64,000 nucleotides of DNA, from positions 31,434,001 through 31,498,000 of the forward strand of contig NC_043015.1 in the NCBI RefSeq assembly GCF_006345805.1, written 5' to 3'. The stretch's first letter is position 1; each line of letters opens with the position of its first letter. This DNA comes from Octopus sinensis. Taxonomy: Eukaryota. The position numbers and the translations under genes are program-made. The notes below the pieces were generated by a model, which ran no database searches, was not told the origin of the DNA, and saw only the letters and a list, made by a program, of their open reading frames with translations. Positions 14,172 to 26,200 of the stretch are shown piece by piece.

Positions 14172-17100
14172 AAAAAAGAATTTATGATGCCAAAACTTTA
14201 GCCACAACAATATCATTCATGCAAAACAGAAGACATGCTCAGTGTTAGTTTGTAAGACAACTTACTGTTTAATGAGACAAGCCAGCAAACTGGTGGCTTG
14301 CTGTATTAGGACAGGTTGGTAGGAGGTGTACAATTCTTTACGGAGGGACTGCATTGACTGTGGATGTTAAAGGGAAAAGATTTTGGTGAAACACACGAAA
14401 CAAGTAAAACGAGTACAAAGACAATTATAAAAAATATATACCCCCACAAAAACCCCCTCCAGTAATAGAAAAGCCATAAATGAAGTAATTAGTTTAAAAC
14501 AGGCAGCTTCCATGGATATAGAGTTTCATAGCTTATACACACACATATATACATAACCTCATAGCTTACAAAGATATAACACATATTTATACAGACATGT
14601 TTTTCCCTGCTACCATGGGTGGGATAGGGACTTATTTGAGGAAGATTTTATGCCTAGATGACCCGTTTCCAAAGTAAAGGACCTTTTATTCCACAAGTTT
14701 TCAAAGGTGCACAGTAGCTAATGCTATGTTAACAAGAAATCATAACATCATTTCATTCAAGCACTGTCAAGTGAAGTGATAGGATATCAACATTCAAACA
14801 CATTTGTACAACCACACACACACAAGGCTTTGACTGGTTAAGGGCTTTAACTGGAGACATTTGCTCAAAACCACATGGCTGCAAAGAGATCCTGTTGCCC
14901 ACAAAGCCATAACTGAGTTTATATGAGGTGTGGCTGTATGGTTAAGAAACTTCCTTCCCGACCAAGTGGTGTTGGGTTTAGCCCCACAGCATGGCACCTT
15001 AAACAAGTGTCTTCTACTATAGTCCCGGACTAATCAAAGCCTTGTGAGTGGATTTGGGTAACAGAACTGACAGAAGCCCATCCTATATGTGTATAAACAA
15101 AATTGAACACATACATAAGGTGTGTGTGTTGTTAGTTTGTGAGTTGGCTGCATTTTAGGCGTAACTGTACATTCCCAATATGCCTGGTGTTATAAACACT
15201 TGAAAGTAAGCCATAGGCAGGTGAGAGAACTCACATCAGATCCCTTCTCAGAGTGACAGACATCAATGTCTCGTCACTGTTGCGACCTTTTACCTGAAAA
15301 GTTACAACAATGATGCAACATCGATGTCTGTCACTCTGAGAAAGGAACCTAATGTGAGTTGTCTTGCTTGCCTATGACTTACTTTCAGGTGATTTCAACC
15401 CCAGGCACATTGAGAAAATATTCTCTTCTGCCTAAGATGCAGCCGATCCACAATCTAACAACACACACACACTTGTGAGTGTTTGTGTTTGATTTTGTTT
15501 ATATATCTTGAGCTGCTTCTAATTCATATCTGACTTTGTCTTTGCAAAAAGCAGATGTAAAAATGATGAGGATCATAAGACACATACAAAGTCTGCCTCA
15601 AGCTCACAGACGCATTTGGTTCCTGAGAGCTAAAGATTCCCCATTCAATGGAATCTCAGTCGGTTGCTGTAGGCGCTTATTTTCAGTGGAGACAACTGGA
15701 GCAATGTAAAATGGAGTACCTTGCTCAAGGATACATGCTGTCCAACTTGGGATTTGAACTCACAACCTTATGAGCTGAGCCCCAAAACACGAACCTCAAG
15801 GACATGCACCTACACACACATACTTCTCCATAACAGAATATGTTTCTCTGCTACCGTCCCTTATCTCTTTCTCTCTATGTACCTGTTCCTCACTCTCTCC
15901 ATTCAACTGTCTTTCAAACTCTGATATCCCTACAATATATATATATATACTCTCAGAGTGGTTGGCGTTAGGAAGGGCATCCAGCTGTAGAAACTCTGCC
16001 AGATCAGAGTGGAGCCTGGTGCAGCCTCCTGGCTTCCCAGTCCTCAGTCAAACCATTCAACCCATGCTAGCAGGGAAAGTGGACGTTAAATGATGATGAT
16101 GATATATATATATATATATCTTTATTTTTTACTAGTTTCAGTCATTAGACTGTGGCCATGCTGGGACACTGCATTGAAGAATGGATCAACCACAGTACTT
16201 TTTTTGTTTTAAGCCTGGTACTTACTTTATTGATCTCTTTTGCCAATCTACTAAGTAATAAGGATGTAAACACACCAACACCAGTTGTCAAGTGGTGGTG
16301 GACAAACACAACACACACACACATGACGAACATTTTTTCAGTTTCCGTCTACCAAATTCACTCACAAGGTTTTGGTTGACCAGAGGCTACAATAGAAAAC
16401 ACTTGCCTAGGGTGCCACGTAGTTGGACTGAACCCAGAACCATGTGGTTGGGAAGCAAACTTCTTACCACACAAGTATGCAGATTCCTATACTGAGAACA
16501 AGGAAAAATGTTACAGAAAAGAGAGGAAATTAAGTAGAAAAAAAACATGACTGTACCTTTTTTGAGCCAATGTCAATGAATCGGTGAAAAAGTTGAAGTA
16601 TTCCAAGAATATTAAAACGGAAAGTATCCGAAGATTTCACAGCTGGTTTACTAGAAAAAGCCACAAAATAGAAACAAAGTCACTCAAAGTGTGAACAAGG
16701 TGCGTGTTGGAGGGAGAAATTAAGCAGGTGTCAAACACTGGTTACCTGCACTGGCATGGAGGCTCACCTCTTGTTGATAAGGCCCCAGGCCAGTGCTGAT
16801 CCAGTAGATATGTTACTTGAAGCATCTAAGTGGTGTAATCATCCTGTTTTAGTCAAAAACAATTTATTTTCAATTTGGATAGCATGTTGTATCATTGAGT
16901 AAGGCATTTCATTTTACATTACTGGTACTTGTGCCTGTGCTAGTAGGGTGCCAAGAGCACCATCCGAGCGTGATCGTTGCCAGAGCAGCTAACTGGCCCC
17001 CGTGCCGTGGCATGTAAAAGGGCACCATTCGAGTGTGATCGTTACCAACGTCGCCTTACTGGCACCTATGCTAGTGGCATGTGTAAAAAGATTCGAGCGA

Positions 17101-20100
17101 GGCCGTTGCCAGTACCACCTGACTGGCCCTCATGCCAGTGGCACGTAAAAGCACCCACTACACTCTTGGAGTGGTTGGCATTAGGAAGGGCATCCAGCTG
17201 TAGAAACTCTGCCAGATCAAGATTGGAGCCTGGTGCAGCCATCTGGTTCTCCAGCCCTCAGTCAAAATCACGCAACCCATGCTAGCATAGAAAGCGGACG
17301 TTAAACGATGATGATGACAAATATTAAATATTAAATGAGCATCAAACATTCCACAATTTAATAGTCGTAATGGAGTCCTACTTACTTGATCAGATTGTCA
17401 ATACAGGCCATTCCGAATCTAATTTTATAAATAAGAGCTGTTGTTCTTTTGGGTTCCTCAAACTCAGATATAGTCTTTGAAAAATTTGTCAACATGGTTG
17501 TCATTGCATTGTCCAAAACCAAGGGCTGGAAATCTATAGAAAAAAAGGAAAAATAGTATTTATTTAGCAAGATTTCATATAATAATTATTAACTCACATT
17601 TTCCATGTGAATAATTCTAATGAATAAAATGACAAAGATTAGCTTCAAATATATAGGCACAGGTGTAGCTCTGTGGTAAGATGCTTGCTTCCCAACCACA
17701 TGGTTCTGGGTTCAATCTCATGGTGTGGCACCTTGGGCAAATGTCTTCTACTATAGCCCTGAGCTGACCAAAGCCTTGTAGACCCGGTCCCAGTCAACAC
17801 CTCCAATAATCCAGGATCAGATATTCAGTGATTATCATCACTACCAGAATCAGTATGTGTGTGTTTCTTATTTGTGTCTCTGTTTGTCCCCCCACCATCG
17901 CTTATTAGTGTGTTTATATCCCCGTCACTTAGCGGTTCGGCAAAAGAGACCGATAGAATAAGCACAAGGCTTACAAAGAATAAGTCCTGGGGTCGATTTG
18001 TTTGACTAAAGGTGGTGCTCCAGCATGGCTGCAGTCAAATGACTGAGACAAGGAAAAGAAAGAATAGAAGAATATATATATATATATATTCTTTTACAGT
18101 TTGACTGTGGCCATGTTGGAGCACCACCATAAAGGTTTTTTAGTCGAAATCAACCCCAGTACTTATTCTATCGGTTCTTTTGCTGAACTGCTAAGTTACG
18201 GGGACAAAACAACACACCAGCATTGGTTGTCAAGTGATGGTGTGTGTGTATGTGTGGGACAAAGATACACACATAACTTGATTTGCGTTGGAAATGATAC
18301 AATCATGAAGAGGAATGTTTTTGCTTTATTTTGAAATAAAAATCAATGGGGATAGGGTCAGATAATTGTTATGAAGTATAAAAGTGAAAATTTTATTAAT
18401 TCCAGCCATTTTCCGAATGATTAATAAAAAGAAAGTCAAAACACTCTAGAGTCTTATTACTAATGACTTATAAAACAACAAACTAATGTGGTAAAAGTAG
18501 TTGATTGGTTAGTGTAATAGTGTGTCTCTATCAGTCCTGATTTAGTAGAAACCTATAAAGGGATTATGAAATATCAATTATGTACAAACCTGGGTCTCCT
18601 TCTTCAACGATGAGGTTAAGCAGGTGATGGATGTTGGTGACATGCCACTCTATGCTGGTGAATTCGGACTTGACACTGGAACGGTGCTCCACTATAGACA
18701 CGAGCTGAGCAATATGCTGAAAAATAGAGGATACAAGAAACTAGTTAAAGACAGGGAAATGGCGTTGGAGGAGGGGGATAGAGTGGAAGGGAGATGTTAC
18801 GGAGGTAGTGTTGGAGAAAAGATAGTACTGGAGGGTGACAATGTTGGAGGGAGAGAGTGATGAAGAGTGATAGTGTAGAAGAGAGACAGTGCTGGAGGGT
18901 GATAGTGTTGGTGGGTGACAGTGTTGGAAGGTGATAGTACTGGAAGGGTACAGTGGTAGGAGAGGATAGTGCTGAAGGGTGTCAGTGTTGGGGGGGGGGG
19001 GGTAGAGAGCATTTGGAGCAGACAAGTGCTGAGGAATGAAGAAGTACACAGTAAAGAAATGACAATTTCGTATAGACTATAAAAAAAAAGAAAATAGCTA
19101 CTATAGATTAGAGATCATGTTTGGTAAATATTTTGAATTTTAAAACAGAAAGGTGATCAACCAACTGAGCTGTCAGTTGGATAGAATGTCTTGGTAGAAT
19201 TTATTACAACTCTCAAGGAGTCACACAGTGGGACGGAACCTGGAAACACAAGGTTGGGAAGCAAACTTTCTTCCACACAGTACCCTGTGCCTATATATGT
19301 ATTTGTATGTATGTATGTATGTATGTATATGTGTGTGTGTAGTGTGTATATATATAAAATTCATTTTTACAACTCTCCTAATTTACTGTATTGTATCTTC
19401 GAGATGTTGCATGCAACCAATGCAACCCATATGGAAGTGTTCTGATGTGTCTAATAAAACTGTTTGCCAATTTTGTTGAGTTATCCTTAATTTTCATTTT
19501 TTTTAAATGGAATTTTCCAATTTGTAACAGTAATTTATGGACAGCCTGTACACATACACACACACACACAGTGATTAACTGCTGGTATATGTCTGAGCGA
19601 GTGTACACGCATGTGTGTGCTGCCTGCAGCTGTACAAACAATATAAGTATTTACACTGAAAATAAACAGTTTCAATGCCATGGGTAGGAGGAGAGATTGT
19701 TAAAGAATGGCTTACACATACCTTAGCAGGAATGTTCTGGAGAAAAAGTTTATTGATCCAGTCTTCACCTACTTGATGCTAAAGAAAGAAAGAAAAAAAA
19801 TAATACAATACAAACATGAGTGTGGTTGATTACATTAACTCTTTAGATTATCCAGTCAAATGTAAGGCTTATTAATTCATATTAATTTTCAATTAATCAT
19901 GCATTCTCTTGTAGCTTTCAGACTTTGATGTGATTTTTCAGTTTTGGAATGATGATGTAGGGTGGGCACGAGGTGACCAGATCTGCCCTGGTTGAGCATA
20001 AAGAATGTAGAATATCAGGCCTGATATATATGTTGGCTTGAATGCTAAAGGGTTAATTCTCAGTGTTTATTCTATTGATGTCAGCAAAAGCAATGTTGCA

Positions 20101-23100
20101 TTAGGCAGGAACTGAATTAAAAAAGGGACACAAACCAATACAAGACATTTTTGTCAGCTTCCCAACCAATTCTGCTAATCCACTCTCATTAGTGTTAGCG
20201 AGGGTATATCATCATCATCATTTAACGTCCGTTTTCCATGCTAGCATGGGTTGGACGGTTCGACCGGGGTCTGGGAAGCCAGGAGGCTGCACCAGGCTCC
20301 AGTCTGATCTGGCAGTGTTTCTACAGCTGGATGCCCTTCCTAACGCCACATATAAAACTAAAACTGCTAGAGGAGCTCCAGTCAAATGCTTAACAATTAA
20401 AATTATATTCAACAAGTATATACTCTATTCTGGATTTAGAAGTTAATTATTTTTATAGCCATTATATCTAATAACTATTGAAAGTATCTCTGAAACATTT
20501 AGAAAAAAGAAAAACAAACAAACAAACAAAGAGACTGATGTCACAAAATGTATGAATTTCCTTGGATTTAACAAGATGTTCAAGAAGATCCACGCTGTAT
20601 TCCATTTTCTTTTAGCTTATTACTGTGCTGTCTCTTTGAAAAGAGCTGTGGCACTGATGGTCCTTTCTGTCCATTAAAGACAATCTAAGTATTGCATATG
20701 GTTAGCATCTCTCCAAGACTCTTCCTTGTGATCTTCAGACACAAAAATTGTCATCATTACTCACCTTCAAATAACAATACTCTACCAATCTTAAAACAGC
20801 ACTAATGAATGGATCCTCCGTAGGTTTCACAGAGTATACCTGTTGTTCAATCAACTGAACCTATTCATTGTGTTTCAGCATACGTGACTGAGTATTCCAC
20901 AGAAACATGTATCCTTAACCCTTTAGCATTCAGATTACTGTGAAATGTAATTCTTGTTTAGAATTAATCCCATATGATCTTGTAGCTTTAACATTTCAAT
21001 AATCTGATTATATATTTTTAGAATGACATTATAGGTTAGGTATGAGAGACTGGATCTGGCTGGTTTGATCACAAAATAAAGTAGAACATTTGGGTCAGGT
21101 ATTGCTACTATTCATTGTGTTACATCATATGAGTATTCCATATCCTTAATCGTCAAACAGAATCTGTGTAACATTGACAAAGATGGTCCTTTGAATTACA
21201 GATACAGCCCAACTGAAGGGCTGCACACAATTCGACTCACATGTTGGGTGGACTTGAGGTTACAGTAAAAGATGCTTGCCCAAAATGCCATGTGAGGTTG
21301 ATTGTGAAGTGGATTTTTAAAAACTTGGTCATGCCTGCACCCATAAGCATTTTACCCATAAAAAGACAGCAGTGCTGTACGAATCTCAAAATAGCAATTA
21401 CTCTACCTACCTCACAGTATCAACACTGTACCATCATAAAATAGTGATACTGTACCCACCTTAATATAGCAATAGTATAGCCACACTAAAAAGCAGCAAT
21501 ATACCCACCACAAAATAGTAACAGCGTACCTGCCATGAAATAGCAACATTGTACCCACCTTAAAAAGATCAGCAGATTGAGGGAACTTTTCCACACAGTA
21601 GGTCAAGCTTTGTATTGATTGATTTGGACACTGAAAATGTAAAAGAAATAGAAATTTTATTAAGATATAAAAAAAAACAGTCAATGTCACCCACAATCGA
21701 ATATTTTCAAGTACATACATCTTACAATAACTTATCATGACAAGCCAAGTTGGTTCCCTTGCATTTTTCAACTAATCCTTAAACTCGCCTCATGGTAGTT
21801 AACATTTGCACATCTACTGAACCATACTTGATTTCTGTGCACTGTCTACAGATTTCTTCCACATTTAGCACCAATGTCTTAACACTATATAACGTTACTG
21901 ATCTTCTGCATTCAGTATCAAATGTCTTACGACGATGTTATGTTCAGGACTGTCTCACTACTACAGGGTTGGCCAAAAGTCGCCTGACAGCAAATCAAAA
22001 TCCATGTAATTCCAAGATTAAAGCAAAAAATTATTTTATGAGATTTTGCTAATAAATAGACAAATGTTGAAAAAAAACAAAACAAAAACGGTGATTTTAA
22101 CTCACAGCATCCAATTATTAAATATTCATAATTAGAATGAATAAACAAAATTGAATATTAAGCATTTATGGAACTTTGATTTACTGTCGGGTGACTTTGG
22201 GCCAACCCTGCATATAGAATATTACACTCCTTACACATACCTTATAGACACTATCATTAATTACATCACTCAGGTAACATCATCATGTACTTTATTTCAC
22301 AGGTGTTCTGATTGCTAACTACATTTTCAGATGATAAAAGGGAGCTTGTAGAAACGATACTTACACAGGTAATATTTGACAGACACATGTGGATGAAGGA
22401 GTTCAAGAAAGGAGTATCAAAATACTTGGACAGGTTCTTCTTGTCAGATATATGTCGCAGCAGCATACAGAAGGTGTGGAAACTCATCATTCTGACCTCA
22501 AGAGGCTGGTGAGGCTGGAACGGAAACAAACATCAATAAAGTCCAAAACATCAACATAGAACAAACAAGCCACAACATTAATAGTTAAAGCTGGTTGGGT
22601 GGATAAAGCTTTGGTCTATCAACTGTTAGGGAAATAATACCTTACTTGGAAACAAGTGAAGGTTGGCAACAGGAAGGGCATCAGGCCATAGAAAACCCAC
22701 TTCAACAAGTTCCGTCCAACCCATGCAAGCATGGAGAAGCAGATGTTAAAATGATGATGTGATACTAGAGAGAAAGTTATCATACCCCACAACCAACAAC
22801 TATCACCTTAGACCAGTGGTTCTCAAATGCATTTTCAGGGACACATTAGGCCCCTGACGGTCTACCATCTATATGAATATAAATTTTTCTTTAATTGATT
22901 TGTGTTTCACATTTTTTTCTAGCTGCACCCCAACTCTTCCCCAAAAAGTCCAGGTTTTGGATCTGCCCACATATTAAAACGGTTAAGTACCACTGCCTTA
23001 GACATTTAACTCTCACTAGCTTAATTCACTTTAACTGTAAATGAAACCACCAGTATGTGGTACAGCTCTACAAAAGAAATCCCTTTTATTGTGACATCAG

Positions 23101-23195
23101 CACTAGTGAGTTTGCTGTATATCAGGTGAGGTCTGACTATCCTCACTCCTCCTATGATAATATTTGTATCTTTAAGGTAACATGTCCAAGGAGGT

Positions 23196-23238
<43 letters not shown>

Positions 23239-26200
23239 ATTCTTTTGTTGAAGATGGCATATGAGTGTTCAGCTTTTGCCAAATGACCTGAACAAATGGT
23301 TTGTTTGTAGTGATCAAATGTTCATACCAGACATTAGCTCACTCTCTTTTACTTATTTGTCATTTGACTGTGGCCATGCTGCAGCACCGCCTTTAGTTGA
23401 GCAAATCGACCCCAGGACTTATTCTTTGTAAGCCCAGTACTTATTCCATCGGTCTCTTTTGCCGAACCGCTAAGTTACGGGGACGTAAACACACCAGCAT
23501 CGGTTGTGAAACGATGTTGGGGAGACAAACACAGACACACATATATATATATACACGACGGGCTTCTTTCAGTTTCTGTCTACCAAATCCACTCACAAGG
23601 CTTTGGTCGGCCTGAGGCTATAGTAGAAGACACTTGCCCAAGGTACCACGCAGTGGGAATGAACCTGGAGCCATGTAGTTGGTAAGCAAGCTACTTACCA
23701 CACAGCCACTCCTGCACCTACAATTGTCTGAACAGGTGCCATGTCAATTGCCATGCACCCTATATATATATAAATTGCAGCAACAGTTGTAGTGTCATGA
23801 AAAAAACAGATGTATCTTAAAAGTAAAGAAAAGGTAAAAAAACATGTTGGGATTACTCACCTTGAGGAAAGACAATGTTTTTTCCAACCAATATTTGGCA
23901 TGGTCTGATTGGATGTCATTGTTGCACTGACATGCAGCACGTTGCAGCAGCAGCAGTCCAAACCATCTGTAAATCAATAACAGGAGATGTCACAGTGCAA
24001 TGCTGTATGGTTTTAAAAATGTCTAAGCTGTAGTGAGATGTATGTATGATATATAATGCATATATCATTATATATATATGTGTGTGTGTTTATATATGTG
24101 TGAAAACTACATTTCATTTTCCTGGCTGAGATTCGAAACAGAATCTAAAAATTCTCACTCCCTGGATCCTCCCGCTATTTGCTGACCAAGCGGGAAAATC
24201 CCTTTGTCCTGTCAAAGTGATTGACGGGTTTCCACTCAACCTCCGACCTGGCTGTGTCATGGAAAGTTCAAATGGACAGTAAGTGGCCTAAATGAACATA
24301 AGCTACTCTTATAATGGTATATCCATCCTTCTAGCTAGAACGGGCCATTACAAATACCAGTTCTGTAGTCAGATATGGACAGCCAGCAGAGTGAGCCAAG
24401 AGAGCCAAGAGTGAGCAAACGAGGTGGAGAGACAACGCAGCAGAAGCGATGGGTGAACGCACACACAGACACAAAGTATGTCTTTGTACAGTCTTGTCCC
24501 ATCAACATTCTCTTTCCTCCATTGTACTTTGCACATTGCTCTCTGTACACAACTTTGCCGACTCGAAGTAGTTGGTTGCATTACGTAGCAGTATATATTT
24601 GTTTATATTTCAAATCAGGCTTTTTCATTGACACCAATCCAACACGCCTAACATCTGCTACACCGGACAACTTACATTGATCCCTTAACCCCTTGTTACT
24701 GTATTTATTTTGAGATGCTCTGTGTTTCTCTCAATTACTTTAAACATAACAAAGAATTTAGTAAAATAACTTCATTATCATTAAGCTAGTGTTAGGAACA
24801 TAAATTGTGACTAAGGTTTGGTGAAAAATTTTAATTCAAAACTTATGAAAACAAGACAATTGTACTACAGAGCCAGAGCCAGTTTCAGCCGGGTTGGTAA
24901 CAAAAGGGTTAACATTACATTCTACTACATATGCACAGGTAGGTGTTCACCAAGGTTTGGTTCTCAGCCCCTTCCTATTCATCATCATCCTCCAGGTCAT
25001 AACAGAGGAATTTAAGACTGGAAGCCCTTGGGACCTACTCTATGCTGATGATCTGACTGTCGTAACAGAATCTATAATGAAATTAGAAAGATTCCAGGTG
25101 TGGAAACACAACCTGGAATCAAAGGGCCTTAGAATTACCTTAGCAAAGATCAAGGTCCCAGTAAGTAATAAATCAGACAGGACCCTACCCACTTCTGGTA
25201 AATGACCCTACTTGATAGGTAGGAAATGTGTAGACAGAAATTCCATGTGCAAGATATAGACACACAAAAGGTGCAATGGAAGGTTAACAGAGAAAGTAGT
25301 GTTTGTATGTGCAAGATGTACAGGAGCCATAAAGACCATAAATACACGGGAAAATGATTTCCTCAAATGCCCCAAAGGCCTTCTAGAAGTCATAGCTAAT
25401 TTCTGCTCCCTAGATGACCTAATTAGCAGGAGAGGAGGATGTACTGAAAGTGTAATTGCTAAAATAAGATGGAGAAAGTTCAGAGAGCTTTTACCTCTGT
25501 TATAGTGTGACAGTGCTAAGAACCTGCGAAGAGCATTATCTCACTTTAAGGACAAGATTATTATTGTGTAAAGTATAGAATTTATAGCAAATAAAAATTA
25601 CCTGTGTTTTGGTGATTCAAGGAGTGTGTGGATTTCCTTAAAAACTTTGTCAAGGGCTGGTGATTTCTGGAAAAGAAGGGTATCAAAATTAAGTCACAAT
25701 TAATGAATTGTGTACATACCAAAGTTTGCTTTTATAGAAAGGGACCAGGGACAATGTGACATTATGAGGGAAAGAAGAACAGTAAGAGCAAATAAGGTTT
25801 ATCAGGAGGTAAACAATCTTTTCTAAAGTATCGTTCTAGACCAGGGGTGGGCAAACTTTTTTGATCGCGGGCCACACAGTGCGTCTTTGGAATCTTGGCG
25901 GGCCTCATTTATAAAAATCAAGTGAAAATATTGTGAATTACCGTACAGTTACGAAGTATCTGCATAGAAGTTGGGATTCATAAAAGCTCTCGGCGGGCCG
26001 CATGAAAACCTATGGCGGGCGCATGCGGCCTGCAGTTTGCCCACCCCTGTTCTAGACTGTTGAACTGACAGAAATGTCACAGTCAGATGGGACACCTTGT
26101 GGTATTTGTTCTAGCTCTTTGCATTCTGAGTTCAAATTTCATCACGGCCTATGTACGTGGCATATTTAGTCCATTACAATATAAAACACTATTACCGGAC

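Noticed and set aside
19378-19641. Minus-strand ORF considered as an extra PELP1 exon
   Set aside because: Exons 6 and 7 already cover the homologous segment in phase; weak acceptor after a (TG)n tract and no convincing similarity.
24100-24676. Second solo LTR in PELP1 intron 2
   Set aside because: Ends in an LTR-like TTACA, but I could not find a matching 5' terminus with a TSD.
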